A DNA stretch of 61,519 bases from an uncultured virus (IMG/VR IMGVR_UViG_3300009180_000025). Taxonomy: Duplodnaviria; Heunggongvirae; Uroviricota; Caudoviricetes. The notes beneath the pieces were generated by a model, which had not been told where the DNA came from, did no database searches, and saw only the letters and a list, made by a program, of their open reading frames with translations. The stretch's first letter is position 1. The number at the start of each line of letters is the position of its first letter. Of this stretch, positions 37,950 through 46,012 are shown one piece after another. The position numbers and the translations under genes were made by a program. The stretch is taken from IMG/VR virus record IMGVR_UViG_3300009180_000025. One strand, written 5' to 3'.

Positions 37950-39268
37950 TTGAAATACTCCTCAAACTCTGGTACTACGTCTAAGATATTTTGTCCACGC
38001 AAAACATCAAGTTTCTTTGTTAGGTCGACGAATTTAGGAAAGTGTTCGTCATGGTAACTCTCAGCATTCATAAAACTAGACACTCCATCTAGCAACGCAA
38101 TGAATTGTAAAGATATAACCTCAGGTTGTTTATGTTTCGCCCAGTCTTTATACTCATCAAACTTCTTGTCAACTAGTTTTTTAAACTCGTCGGGTAAACA
38201 CTTAACATTATAGTGACTAGGTTTATGGCACATATGGTGACTAATAATCTTCCTATATTGCTTTATCGTGTTGAACTTATTTAGCCCAGACTCTGTTAAC
38301 TTCCACTTCATGAATTCAGGAAGATGAAGGATGTTAAACGGCGTTATAGTATATGCGAGCCAAGCTGATAAGTTTAGTCCTGGTGTAGAATCAAGTTTTT
38401 TTAGGTTCTTATACACCTGTTCCCAATTAGCCGGAAACCTCTGATAGTCGAATACTGCACCATAACCATCGATTGAAGCGCCGATCCGGATCTCTTTAAA
38501 GTTCTTCCAAATCTCAATCATCTTCTCAGTAACGTTGGTCAAGTTAGTGTTATACTCAATCTCTATTTCGTTAGCTCTACCTGAAGCAATGAGACGCTCA
38601 AGAGATTGAATGTGTTCTTCGATGATTAATGGTTCACCACCTACAATGTAGAACTTAGTCGCGTTCTTTGTATGCTTTTCAAATTGATCCCAATAGAAGT
38701 TAGAACCCTGAAACCAATCATAGTCACTCGTAGACCATTTACCTTTAGCGTTCTTTGTTAACTGAACTTTACCATGTGAGTCTGTAAATCTGGTATGACC
38801 ACTAGTTTCTACAAAATCGCCGTACCACATATGCGAGTCAGTTGGTCCACACATTCTGCACTTAAGATTACAGAAATTTCCATAACGCAAATCGAAGTAA
38901 TCTAATTTTACATCATTGACGTCAATAGATCCATCGTCTTCAGTCTTAATTAAGACTTCTTTTTCTACGTTAGGCCATTGTTGATTCTCGTATTCGCGGC
39001 GTGATTTGATACCGGTTTCTTCTTCAAGCTTACAACGAGTGCACTCTTCATGCCATTCGCCATTGATCATCGATGCTCTAATGTCTTTTAGAACTTCAGA
39101 ATTACGTGACTCGCTTATATCGTCACGACCTACGTTGTAGGCACTGCCATCCTTCTTTCGAAGAATTCCTCGGTTCTTACTATATGAATTTGCGTTACAG
39201 CAGACACGAAGGTCACCATTGTTTCTTACTGATACGCCATTCCATGGTAGTGGACAAAATGTTTTCAT
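37946..39268 (-). CDS. Radical SAM protein with an N-terminal twitch/SPASM-like Cys domain
   Basis: CNLKCRMC (CxxxCxxC), GGEP, YNTN and ASIDG, plus N-terminal FCPLPW..VCC..CTRC. Confidence 0.9.
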   Translation of the reverse strand: MKTFCPLPWNGVSVRNNGDLRVCCNANSYSKNRGILRKKDGSAYNVGRDDISESRNSEVLKDIRASMINGEWHEECTRCKLEEETGIKSRREYENQQWPNVEKEVLIKTEDDGSIDVNDVKLDYFDLRYGNFCNLKCRMCGPTDSHMWYGDFVETSGHTRFTDSHGKVQLTKNAKGKWSTSDYDWFQGSNFYWDQFEKHTKNATKFYIVGGEPLIIEEHIQSLERLIASGRANEIEIEYNTNLTNVTEKMIEIWKNFKEIRIGASIDGYGAVFDYQRFPANWEQVYKNLKKLDSTPGLNLSAWLAYTITPFNILHLPEFMKWKLTESGLNKFNTIKQYRKIISHHMCHKPSHYNVKCLPDEFKKLVDKKFDEYKDWAKHKQPEVISLQFIALLDGVSSFMNAESYHDEHFPKFVDLTKKLDVLRGQNILDVVPEFEEYFK

Positions 39269-39279
39269 GTGATTCCAAA

Positions 39280-39597
39280 GTGAAGCGGCCCGTTCTGTTT
39301 CTAGGTGGAGCCATACCCAAGTGCTTATGCAGCTAGTGCGTAAGCCTGAGGAGCAAAGTTATCGTTTGCAACTGTAGTTTTCTTCGCGTTAACGGAGCTT
39401 AGATCCCGGTGACTCCATCCTGCCTAGTTCGCCTGTCGATCCTAACTCACCCCCAGCAAAGATACACTAGTTTGGATTCAAACCATGTTCTAGTCTCGTC
39501 GAGATCTGCGCTTCTCACAGTGCTGACTAGTGTATCCGTGGTGGAGGTGTCGGGATTCGCACCCGAGTCCAGAACGTGTTCAGTGAATATCAACATC
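39280..39597 (-). ncRNA. ssrA: Circularly permuted (two-piece) tmRNA, alphaproteobacterial type
   Basis: The acceptor piece comes first (T-arm TCGGG-TGCGAAT-CCCGA, then CACCTCCACCA ending at 39539), then an intervening segment, then the coding piece starting GGGGGTG at 39454. The 7-bp acceptor stem has the G3-U70 alanine determinant. The tag frame 39369-39325 reads ANDNFAPQAYALAA*. Outer ends are approximate. Confidence 0.93.
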
Positions 39598-39603
39598 ACT
39601 AGT

Positions 39604-39634
39604 TATTTATAACATAAGCATCTATAAATGTCAA
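39604..39634 (-). promoter_or_regulatory. Composite sigma70 / T4-late promoter for the tmRNA
   Basis: TTGACA (39634-39629), 17 nt, then TATAAA, which is also the start of an exact TATAAATA (39611-39604). Confidence 0.8.
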
Positions 39635-40413
39635 CAACTATTTTCATCGTCGTACTGTTTTCTTAACGTTAAAAGAGATTCTACGTAGTCGTCTCTTTTT
39701 CCACGAAAGATCTGAACCCCTTCGCCATCTACTGCAATCACGATAGCAAATCTAGGAACAGCAATCCCAGTCATCTCTTCAAACATAATCGCATAAGCAG
39801 TAGCTTGACAATAATAGTTAAGAATGTCCGATGGTCGCTTGAGCTTCCTAGAAGTCTTGAAGTCAACGATACATCTTTTTCCTTCGAAGTCGGATACCAT
39901 GTCAACGGTACCAGCCATTCTGATATAGTCTGAATACATCCGAACTTCTTGCATTCTAACGTTATCAACTTTTTCGTCTAAAACCTGCTTTAGACTTTCA
40001 AACATCTCAGCATCTTGCATCGAGTACTTTTCCACTTCGATGTCATCGCCATTGATATAGTCTTCTGCGAGTTGGTGGATTCTTGTACCGCGATTAGCAG
40101 CAGTGTGTGAGATAGCATTTGCTTCATCCTCACCGACTTTCTTTCGCCAAGCTTGTATGCTTGCTCGACCAAGAACTCCAGTCACAGTGGTGACTGATGG
40201 GTATAAAAGACCGGCAGGAGTCTTATAGAACCTGCCGGTGTCGGTGTTTATTTGTTCTAGTTCAACACTTTTAATCGATGTTTCGATCTTAGTGAAAGAC
40301 TTTCTGATCTCCAGAGTTTTGGTAAGAGGATGGAACGACGACAACCCTTGGATTCTCGTACGAGTTTTTTCTAATGATGAACTCTTTAACGAGTCCTGAT
40401 CTAACAATGTCAT
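39631..40413 (-). CDS. PD-(D/E)xK exonuclease (start uncertain, probably downstream of the annotated ATG)
   Basis: RFYKTPAG..YPSVTTV, RGTRIH, AGTVD, IVDFKTS and YYCQATAYA. Confidence 0.85.
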   Translation of the reverse strand: MTLLDQDSLKSSSLEKTRTRIQGLSSFHPLTKTLEIRKSFTKIETSIKSVELEQINTDTGRFYKTPAGLLYPSVTTVTGVLGRASIQAWRKKVGEDEANAISHTAANRGTRIHQLAEDYINGDDIEVEKYSMQDAEMFESLKQVLDEKVDNVRMQEVRMYSDYIRMAGTVDMVSDFEGKRCIVDFKTSRKLKRPSDILNYYCQATAYAIMFEEMTGIAVPRFAIVIAVDGEGVQIFRGKRDDYVESLLTLRKQYDDENSC

Positions 40414-41101
40414 CTACGTTCATTTCAATGGTTGCAAAATATCGCTTCATCGAAGCAATGATTTTCATGAAGTGTATGATTCCGGATTTATCGTCATCAT
40501 ACTTTAGGTCACTCTGATTGTAGTCTCCGCAAAACACTATCTTTGAGTGTTTGCCCATGCGCGTAACAATAGTACACAGTTCGTGGTAAGTCATATTCTG
40601 GCACTCATCTACTATAACTATAGAATTATCGATGGTGATGCCACGAAGGAATGAAGAGGTGGTGAACTCAATGATTCCTTTAGCTTTCATCAACTCATAC
40701 GCATCGCCGCGGCCATAGAGTTCTTGGCAAATGGCTTTATAAGGCGCTTCGTATACTGCTGATTTTTCCTTAATAGATCCGGGAAGGAAACCCATGTCGC
40801 GCGAAGGTACGACTGATCTGATGATAACTATTCTTTTTAGTTCGTCGTATTGCGCAAGTTCGTTTAGCGCTAGATACATTGATAGGAACGATTTTCCTGT
40901 TCCCGGTAATCCATGGATAAGTAAGTTCTTTCCGTTATAGAACTCGTTGAAAATGTTTTCCTGATTGTGAGTTTTTGGTGTTACTGTAGTTAACTCTAAA
41001 AGGTTTTTCTTTTCTTGATCTTGCCTGACGTGTACTCTCTGTACTTTTTGTGATCTTCTTTCAGCGCGAGATGGCCTATCCATGTGGTATCCTTCTACCA
41101 A
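40289..41101 (-). CDS. phoH: PhoH-family ATPase
   Basis: GLPGTGKS, MGFLPG, SFLRG, IVDECQN, CGDYNQSD and DDIVRSGLVK. Confidence 0.95.
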   Translation of the reverse strand: MVEGYHMDRPSRAERRSQKVQRVHVRQDQEKKNLLELTTVTPKTHNQENIFNEFYNGKNLLIHGLPGTGKSFLSMYLALNELAQYDELKRIVIIRSVVPSRDMGFLPGSIKEKSAVYEAPYKAICQELYGRGDAYELMKAKGIIEFTTSSFLRGITIDNSIVIVDECQNMTYHELCTIVTRMGKHSKIVFCGDYNQSDLKYDDDKSGIIHFMKIIASMKRYFATIEMNVDDIVRSGLVKEFIIRKNSYENPRVVVVPSSYQNSGDQKVFH

Positions 41102-41334
41102 GTGTTAATCTTATTACTCCTACCACTAGCTTTCTTGATCCTATGTAAAACATCACGAAAACCCGAATCAGGCTTTTTAAGTCCTAATCGGGTTGGATCG
41201 GCTAAACCGGGTGCACACTTGATGATCTGCTGTAAGTGGGGATTTTGAGCTTTATAGTTATCCAGCTCAGATATATTCATACTGATGTCAAACTGTTCGT
41301 TGATTAGTTTATCTAAGAATGTATAGTTTGCCAT
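41095..41334 (-). CDS. Small conserved T4-like protein (FmdB-like)
   Basis: MANYTF...NPHLQQ...KPDSGFRDVL..IKK, commonly found just upstream of phoH. Confidence 0.65.
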   Translation of the reverse strand: MANYTFLDKLINEQFDISMNISELDNYKAQNPHLQQIIKCAPGLADPTRLGLKKPDSGFRDVLHRIKKASGRSNKINTW

Positions 41335-41340
41335 CAGTGT

Positions 41341-41529
41341 TTATTCGCCTATACCTTTTGACGCCCAATAAGTTTGGATGTCATTTTTATTTATAGGATC
41401 TAAACCTTGCGAAATCATATCTTGGATCACAAATTCAGATAGAATTTTTTTATTTTCTTTTTCGACTGGATTTTTATAAACTTCATCGATGAAGCTTGGG
41501 CCAGTAGTTTCAATCTTCTGTTCTGTCAT
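41341..41529 (-). CDS. Hypothetical protein
   Basis: 62-aa ORF in a tightly packed operon. Confidence 0.55.
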   Translation of the reverse strand: MTEQKIETTGPSFIDEVYKNPVEKENKKILSEFVIQDMISQGLDPINKNDIQTYWASKGIGE

Positions 41530-41698
41530 TTAAGTCCTCAGCGAGTTTGTTTTTCATACTAATAAAAGCTTTTGGTTCTTTAGCTTTAAAGACCATGCAT
41601 GCTTCAGCGATACCTGCTCTTTTACCTCGAAAATAATAGTAAGCTGATACGGCCATCATGAGAAGTGTATAGCAGACAGCGAATCCAATATTTTCCAT
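41510..41698 (-). CDS. Small membrane-anchored hypothetical protein
   Basis: N-terminal hydrophobic helix followed by RGKR. Confidence 0.55.
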   Translation of the reverse strand: MENIGFAVCYTLLMMAVSAYYYFRGKRAGIAEACMVFKAKEPKAFISMKNKLAEDLNDRTED

Positions 41699-41884
41699 CT
41701 ATTCCTCATCATAAGACAAGATGCGCGAAAGGTTCTTTGACCTAAGAGCATTGTCATAGTTTCTACGATATTTTTCGTAGTAGTGTTGTTTTACTTCTTT
41801 GAACGATACAGATTCTTCTTGAACATGAGTATCTTTCTTTTTATTCTTATAAGATAACTTTTTAAAGTCACCCGAGCTATTCAT
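41699..41884 (-). CDS. Hypothetical protein
   Basis: 61-aa basic ORF with an ATGA overlap. Confidence 0.55.
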   Translation of the reverse strand: MNSSGDFKKLSYKNKKKDTHVQEESVSFKEVKQHYYEKYRRNYDNALRSKNLSRILSYDEE

Positions 41885-42297
41885 TTTGGAAAGATCTCCG
41901 GAAAGGCTGCTATTGCTACGTCTTTAGTAAGTCCTGGGAATGGACTCTTCTTATCTTTCATTGCAATCAAAAGATCGGCGTCTTCTGGATTTACTGATTG
42001 AAGAATGTCAAGGAAAAGCCTTTCCCTCTTTACCGGTTTCATATCCGAATTAACACCTTCAAGAAATAAATAAAGCCGCCTAGCTTCAGTGTGAAGCATA
42101 TTATGCTCTTCGAATTCTGAGTATTTGAAAGGTGGTTTACCTTCAGGCAAAGCAAACTTTACATCGGGGTGAAACATGTATTGCAAGATGATTTTACATG
42201 CTTCATTGCAGTTAACGCGAAGAGCTTCGACCCGTTCTTCTTTTTTCTTGTACTCACTGCACTTCTTTAAAATATCAGCTACACTGTATTTTGTCAT
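41881..42297 (-). CDS. Conserved T4-like hypothetical protein downstream of rnh
   Basis: LPEGKPPF, EARRLYLF, KRERLF..ILQS and AMKDK. Confidence 0.7.
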   Translation of the reverse strand: MTKYSVADILKKCSEYKKKEERVEALRVNCNEACKIILQYMFHPDVKFALPEGKPPFKYSEFEEHNMLHTEARRLYLFLEGVNSDMKPVKRERLFLDILQSVNPEDADLLIAMKDKKSPFPGLTKDVAIAAFPEIFPK

Positions 42298-42299
42298 TT

Positions 42300-43142
42300 T
42301 TAAAAATCTCCAATTGATTCCATCATGCCTTTAAGCTTATACGATATGAAGTAGTTAAACAGTTTACTTCTGTCTTTACCGGACTCCTGTTCATATTTAT
42401 TTAATACTTCATTCTTGATGTTATCGGGAATAAAGTTTAAGTCGATGAGTTGCCTATTGCGAAGGAAGTTGCGATCGAAAATAGACAGAGACTTACCAAA
42501 GTAATCATTATACGCTTCATCGATGCGCTTCTGAGTCATGGGTTTCTGGCGCTTGTCAGTAACAAACGTGTCATCATCCGACAGAATATTGGGAACGCCG
42601 TCGCCGGCATCGCCTTTCATGATATGCTCAAACAAGAATTTAGTGGGATCGTCATGCGTGATAAACTTCTTGCGAACCGGATCGTATTGCTTAACATTCT
42701 TAAACCGGTGAAGCTGAACAAAGTCTTTATCACCTGAGAGGATTAAGATATTCTCATTGTCGTGGAATTGATTGACAAGAGTTGCGATAACGTCGTCTGC
42801 CTCAGCAGAGTCGACTTGTATCATACGATACGGGAAGTTATCACGAATTTCGGCTTTAATCTTACCGAAATATTCAAAGATCGTATTCCAATCAATCTCA
42901 GACTTATCGCGAGCTTTCTTGCGATTTGCTTTATAGTAAGGGAAGACTTGCTTACGCCAGTAGTTCCTATCGTCACAAGCAATAACCATATCGCCGTATT
43001 CTTTAAACTTCTGGCGAAAAGATTTAAGTGAGTTGAGGACCATGTGTCGAAACAGGCCTTCTTCGATCGGGGCGTTCGTGTGGTTGCCAAGTTGGGTCAT
43101 CAGGTTGGCTATCATAACCTGATGAAAATCTACGATAATCAT
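42300..43142 (-). CDS. rnh: T4-type RNase H (5'-3' exonuclease)
   Basis: YWRKQVFPYYKANRK, AEADDVIA, ILSGDKDFVQL and GDAGDGVPNILS. Confidence 0.95.
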   Translation of the reverse strand: MIIVDFHQVMIANLMTQLGNHTNAPIEEGLFRHMVLNSLKSFRQKFKEYGDMVIACDDRNYWRKQVFPYYKANRKKARDKSEIDWNTIFEYFGKIKAEIRDNFPYRMIQVDSAEADDVIATLVNQFHDNENILILSGDKDFVQLHRFKNVKQYDPVRKKFITHDDPTKFLFEHIMKGDAGDGVPNILSDDDTFVTDKRQKPMTQKRIDEAYNDYFGKSLSIFDRNFLRNRQLIDLNFIPDNIKNEVLNKYEQESGKDRSKLFNYFISYKLKGMMESIGDF

Positions 43143-43173
43143 GATGTGTTTCCATTCAATCTATAATATACAT

Positions 43174-43202
43174 ATTATATAACAGATCGTAAGTTATGTC
43201 AA
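43174..43202 (-). promoter_or_regulatory. Consensus sigma70 promoter for the rnh operon
   Basis: TTGACA-17-TATAAT on the minus strand. Confidence 0.85.
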
Positions 43203-43537
43203 TCGGTTTGTGTATACTTTTCTTCTATTTGCTTAATAATTTCCGGAGAAATAGTTATCGTATTATCGATAAGTTCATGTAAACCGTGTTCTATATCTTT
43301 GTAACGATAAGCATATGCTTTTAGAGTCTCTTCTAGAAAAATAACATCTCTTATAGAATCAACGTCTCCACGAGAAACTATGCCATAACTGGCGAATACG
43401 GCCACGATTGCGTCTAATGCATCTGACACAACATCGTCGCAAAAATCTTGACGCACTTGAATTACGTGTTCTTCAGTATGTGGTAATACGCCGTCGAAAC
43501 CATTTTTATTAGGGAATTTGATGACGTTGTCTTTCAT
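43199..43537 (-). CDS. Hypothetical protein
   Basis: Start reassigned to MKDNVIKFP, which has an AAGG Shine-Dalgarno and sits just downstream of the late promoter. Confidence 0.6.
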   Translation of the reverse strand: MKDNVIKFPNKNGFDGVLPHTEEHVIQVRQDFCDDVVSDALDAIVAVFASYGIVSRGDVDSIRDVIFLEETLKAYAYRYKDIEHGLHELIDNTITISPEIIKQIEEKYTQTD

Positions 43538-43557
43538 TTTAACCTTTGTGTGTATGG

Positions 43558-43579
43558 GACTATAAATATATTTATAGTC
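43558..43579. promoter_or_regulatory. Perfect 22-bp palindrome made of two back-to-back late promoters
   Basis: GAC-TATAAATA-TATTTATA-GTC between two divergent genes. Confidence 0.85.
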
Positions 43580-43597
43580 TTTCCTTGGAGATCTAAA

Positions 43598-44158
43598 ATG
43601 AAATATCAACAATACTACACTTACCATCACGCTCAAGATGATAATTTTTTCATGGGCAATGGTAAGTTATTTAAAAGCCATGTAAATAGGGTGAAAACAC
43701 TTATAGAGATGACTAACAGTTTGACTCTATTAGACTATGGTTCTGGAAAAGGACACCAATATTCCACGCTCATGACAAATTCTTATTGGAACGTGAGTGT
43801 TGATTGTTATGATTTTGCTATTCCAGAATTTAAAACACTTCAAGACAAAAAGTATGATGGCGTTTTATGTATGGATATGCTTGATCTAGTTCCCGAAGAA
43901 GAAATCGACCAGGTATTAACCGATATCTTTAGTCGCGCAACTAAGTTCGTCTACATAGTAATACGCCATTGGCCTTCGAAAAAAGTTTTCGAAGATGGAA
44001 ATTCTATAAGTGTTAATATGAATAGTAAAGAATGGTGGGATAGTAAGATTTCACAACATAACATTAACAACATTATAGTTGCTGGTGGATCTATGTTGGT
44101 ATCTGCCTATCCCACTGAACTTGATCTTGGGCCTCTTAAAACTATTGCTATTGAATAA
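43598..44158 (+). CDS. Class I SAM-dependent methyltransferase
   Basis: LLDYGSGKG and KYDGVLCMDMLDLVPEE. Start reassigned to MKYQQ, which follows a GGAG Shine-Dalgarno. Confidence 0.8.
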   Translation: MKYQQYYTYHHAQDDNFFMGNGKLFKSHVNRVKTLIEMTNSLTLLDYGSGKGHQYSTLMTNSYWNVSVDCYDFAIPEFKTLQDKKYDGVLCMDMLDLVPEEEIDQVLTDIFSRATKFVYIVIRHWPSKKVFEDGNSISVNMNSKEWWDSKISQHNINNIIVAGGSMLVSAYPTELDLGPLKTIAIE

Positions 44159-45254
44159 TCTTCAATAGGATCGTGTTTTCATTGATGCGCTCAGATAGCT
44201 TTCCTGGCTTTGTACTGATTTCATCCATGAGCTTACGTAACACAATCTTTCCGGCTGTAAGAACTCGCTTCAGCACTTCCTCGTGATTACGGCCAGCATT
44301 CTTGGTTATGGAAGTATCAGCATCGAAACCATCGATGGTAGTACGCCGCACACTTAGACCTGCTGGTCCACGAGCTCTAAACACACTAAGAGTTTTGTAC
44401 TTAGTATTGAAGGTCCAGAGTTCTTGAGCACCAATGATCTTTTCTGGATCGACTGACTGTAACTTGTATTCAGTACTTTCTTTCTGATGAATGAAATACT
44501 TCATCAGTTTTTCAGTTGTTGGCGCTTTCATTTTTCGAGGAGCGCGAGCTTTCTTGACGTTTCCACCATAACGCTGGGCATCGTCAATCATCTTCTGAAG
44601 CATGCTGACTTGATCGTTGAGATACTTCTTCGTGCAAGAATGGTACCCTTCAATCTTACCAGCGGCTGCCAGCTTCATCTCCTCTAAGAATGGTGTATAG
44701 TATTCCACAATCTTAGTGGTATACATCGCCGGAATCTCTTTCTTCTGTAGCCACGTATATAGATCTTCAGGCATACCGGCATCGTACAGAGATTCAATTT
44801 CACCAATCGTATCAGATATTTTTTCTCTGATACGGTCTTGGATCGTTGGTCGATCTGGTCGATCTTCCTTAGGTTTATCTTCTTTAGCAAAACTCGAAGC
44901 TTCTTCAATCCATCGATGAACCCGAGCAAGTGAATCAACATCGACTGGTAAACCAATGCGCTTCCAGATACGACACTGCCATGCCGCAGTATATGGTACA
45001 TGGGCATCCGGGATCTTAGAGATCTTACTGAGCATACTCTTATCGTTCTCAAAGTAATCTTTGAGATATTGCCGTGCTTCTTCACGAGTGCACATGCTGT
45101 GATACCAACTAAAAGCCTTTGCCCAGTCGCCCTGAGTCTTAAGATTTGTTGAGTCGGGTTCTTCCCCAAGATACTTTACGTTAACGATGTAAGCTTCTGA
45201 TCGAGTGATCTTTGGCTTCTTTGCTCTACGAACTGAGAGAAGAGACTTTGCCAT
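44148..45254 (-). CDS. Conserved phage hypothetical protein
   Basis: PTIQDRI, SVDPEKIIGAQELWTFNTKYK and RINENTILLK; preceded by its own sigma70 promoter. Confidence 0.65.
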   Translation of the reverse strand: MAKSLLSVRRAKKPKITRSEAYIVNVKYLGEEPDSTNLKTQGDWAKAFSWYHSMCTREEARQYLKDYFENDKSMLSKISKIPDAHVPYTAAWQCRIWKRIGLPVDVDSLARVHRWIEEASSFAKEDKPKEDRPDRPTIQDRIREKISDTIGEIESLYDAGMPEDLYTWLQKKEIPAMYTTKIVEYYTPFLEEMKLAAAGKIEGYHSCTKKYLNDQVSMLQKMIDDAQRYGGNVKKARAPRKMKAPTTEKLMKYFIHQKESTEYKLQSVDPEKIIGAQELWTFNTKYKTLSVFRARGPAGLSVRRTTIDGFDADTSITKNAGRNHEEVLKRVLTAGKIVLRKLMDEISTKPGKLSERINENTILLKIIQ

Positions 45255-45286
45255 CTATTTCAACCTTTCACGTGCATCCATTATGG

Positions 45287-45315
45287 ATATTACCACATCT
45301 GAGTGTATTTGTCAA
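45287..45315 (-). promoter_or_regulatory. sigma70-type early/middle promoter
   Basis: TTGACA-17-TAATAT with TGTGG just upstream of the -10. Confidence 0.7.
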
Positions 45316-45520
45316 TAGGTACTTTTCTGATACCTTCAGTGCCACCCACTACTTCGAGGCTATAATTGCGATCATTCATCGATCGACTCGAGTTTTTCTT
45401 TTTAATATCTTCAACGCGAGCTAATGCCTGCTCAAGCGTATCGTACGTTTCATTCCATTCCTCGGCACTTACGTAAGTTTCGCTTTCGTTAACGGTGATC
45501 TCATACTTAACAGTAGTCAT
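45290..45520 (-). CDS. Hypothetical early protein
   Basis: 76-aa ORF downstream of an early promoter. Confidence 0.55.
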   Translation of the reverse strand: MTTVKYEITVNESETYVSAEEWNETYDTLEQALARVEDIKKKNSSRSMNDRNYSLEVVGGTEGIRKVPIDKYTQMW

Positions 45521-45522
45521 TA

Positions 45523-45858
45523 TCAGTTCATCCCTTCATACTTACCAAGAGCTACCCAACCAAAAGTGTCACAGAAATAACAGTTACCATCTTTCACCGC
45601 GATGTCACCAACAGAAGTCGAAGAACCTTTACGCAGTTTAACAACACTATAGTCTTCCCACAGGTTGGTAGACTCAAAAGCTTTCTCAAGATCGTCAGTA
45701 TCAACTTCGTAAGTGCGAACATACATCTTTGAGTAATCGTCTTTCCAACGATTGAAGCCGAGCATTAGGTCGGATTTTGCAGCAAGAACTGCAGGATCAG
45801 TAAAAACGCCATTAAGAGGGATTTGGTAGATCGCGATCATGATGGTTTCCTTTGCCAT
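45523..45858 (-). CDS. Hypothetical early protein (S-x-SVGD motif family)
   Basis: LEKAFESTN..STSVGDIAV..YFCDTFGW. The true start may be a few codons in, after AAGGA. Confidence 0.6.
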   Translation of the reverse strand: MAKETIMIAIYQIPLNGVFTDPAVLAAKSDLMLGFNRWKDDYSKMYVRTYEVDTDDLEKAFESTNLWEDYSVVKLRKGSSTSVGDIAVKDGNCYFCDTFGWVALGKYEGMN

Positions 45859-45871
45859 ACCTTACTCTTAG

Positions 45872-45982
45872 ATATTATCAAACTTTCTATGGATTGTACA
45901 CAGAAAAGTGCAGTCTTCTGAAAATATTTTTTTGTAAAAAAGCATTTTTCTAGTTGACATTTTGTTCTAGATAAGATATACT
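45872..45982. promoter_or_regulatory. Divergent sigma70 early promoters with a shared A/T-tract UP region
   Basis: Plus strand: TTGACA (45954)-17-TATACT (45977). Minus strand: TGTACA (45900)-17-TAATAT (45877). A/T tracts lie between them. Confidence 0.75.
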
Positions 45983-46012
45983 GTATGAGTAAGCCAAACA
46001 AAGGAATGTATC

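Noticed and set aside
39539..39575. Stand-alone tRNA gene (T-arm plus CCA)
   Set aside because: There is no D or anticodon arm upstream. It pairs with the downstream GGGGGTG and belongs to the permuted tmRNA.
39106..39612. Plus-strand ORFs 39106..39336 and 39409..39612
   Set aside because: They are antisense to the radical SAM gene and the tmRNA, with no recognisable protein features.
40355..40375. A_AAA_AAC slippery heptamer near the end of phoH as a PhoH-exonuclease fusion signal
   Set aside because: The exonuclease is in the +1 frame relative to phoH. The -1 frame reaches a stop shortly after, so -1 slippage would not fuse them.
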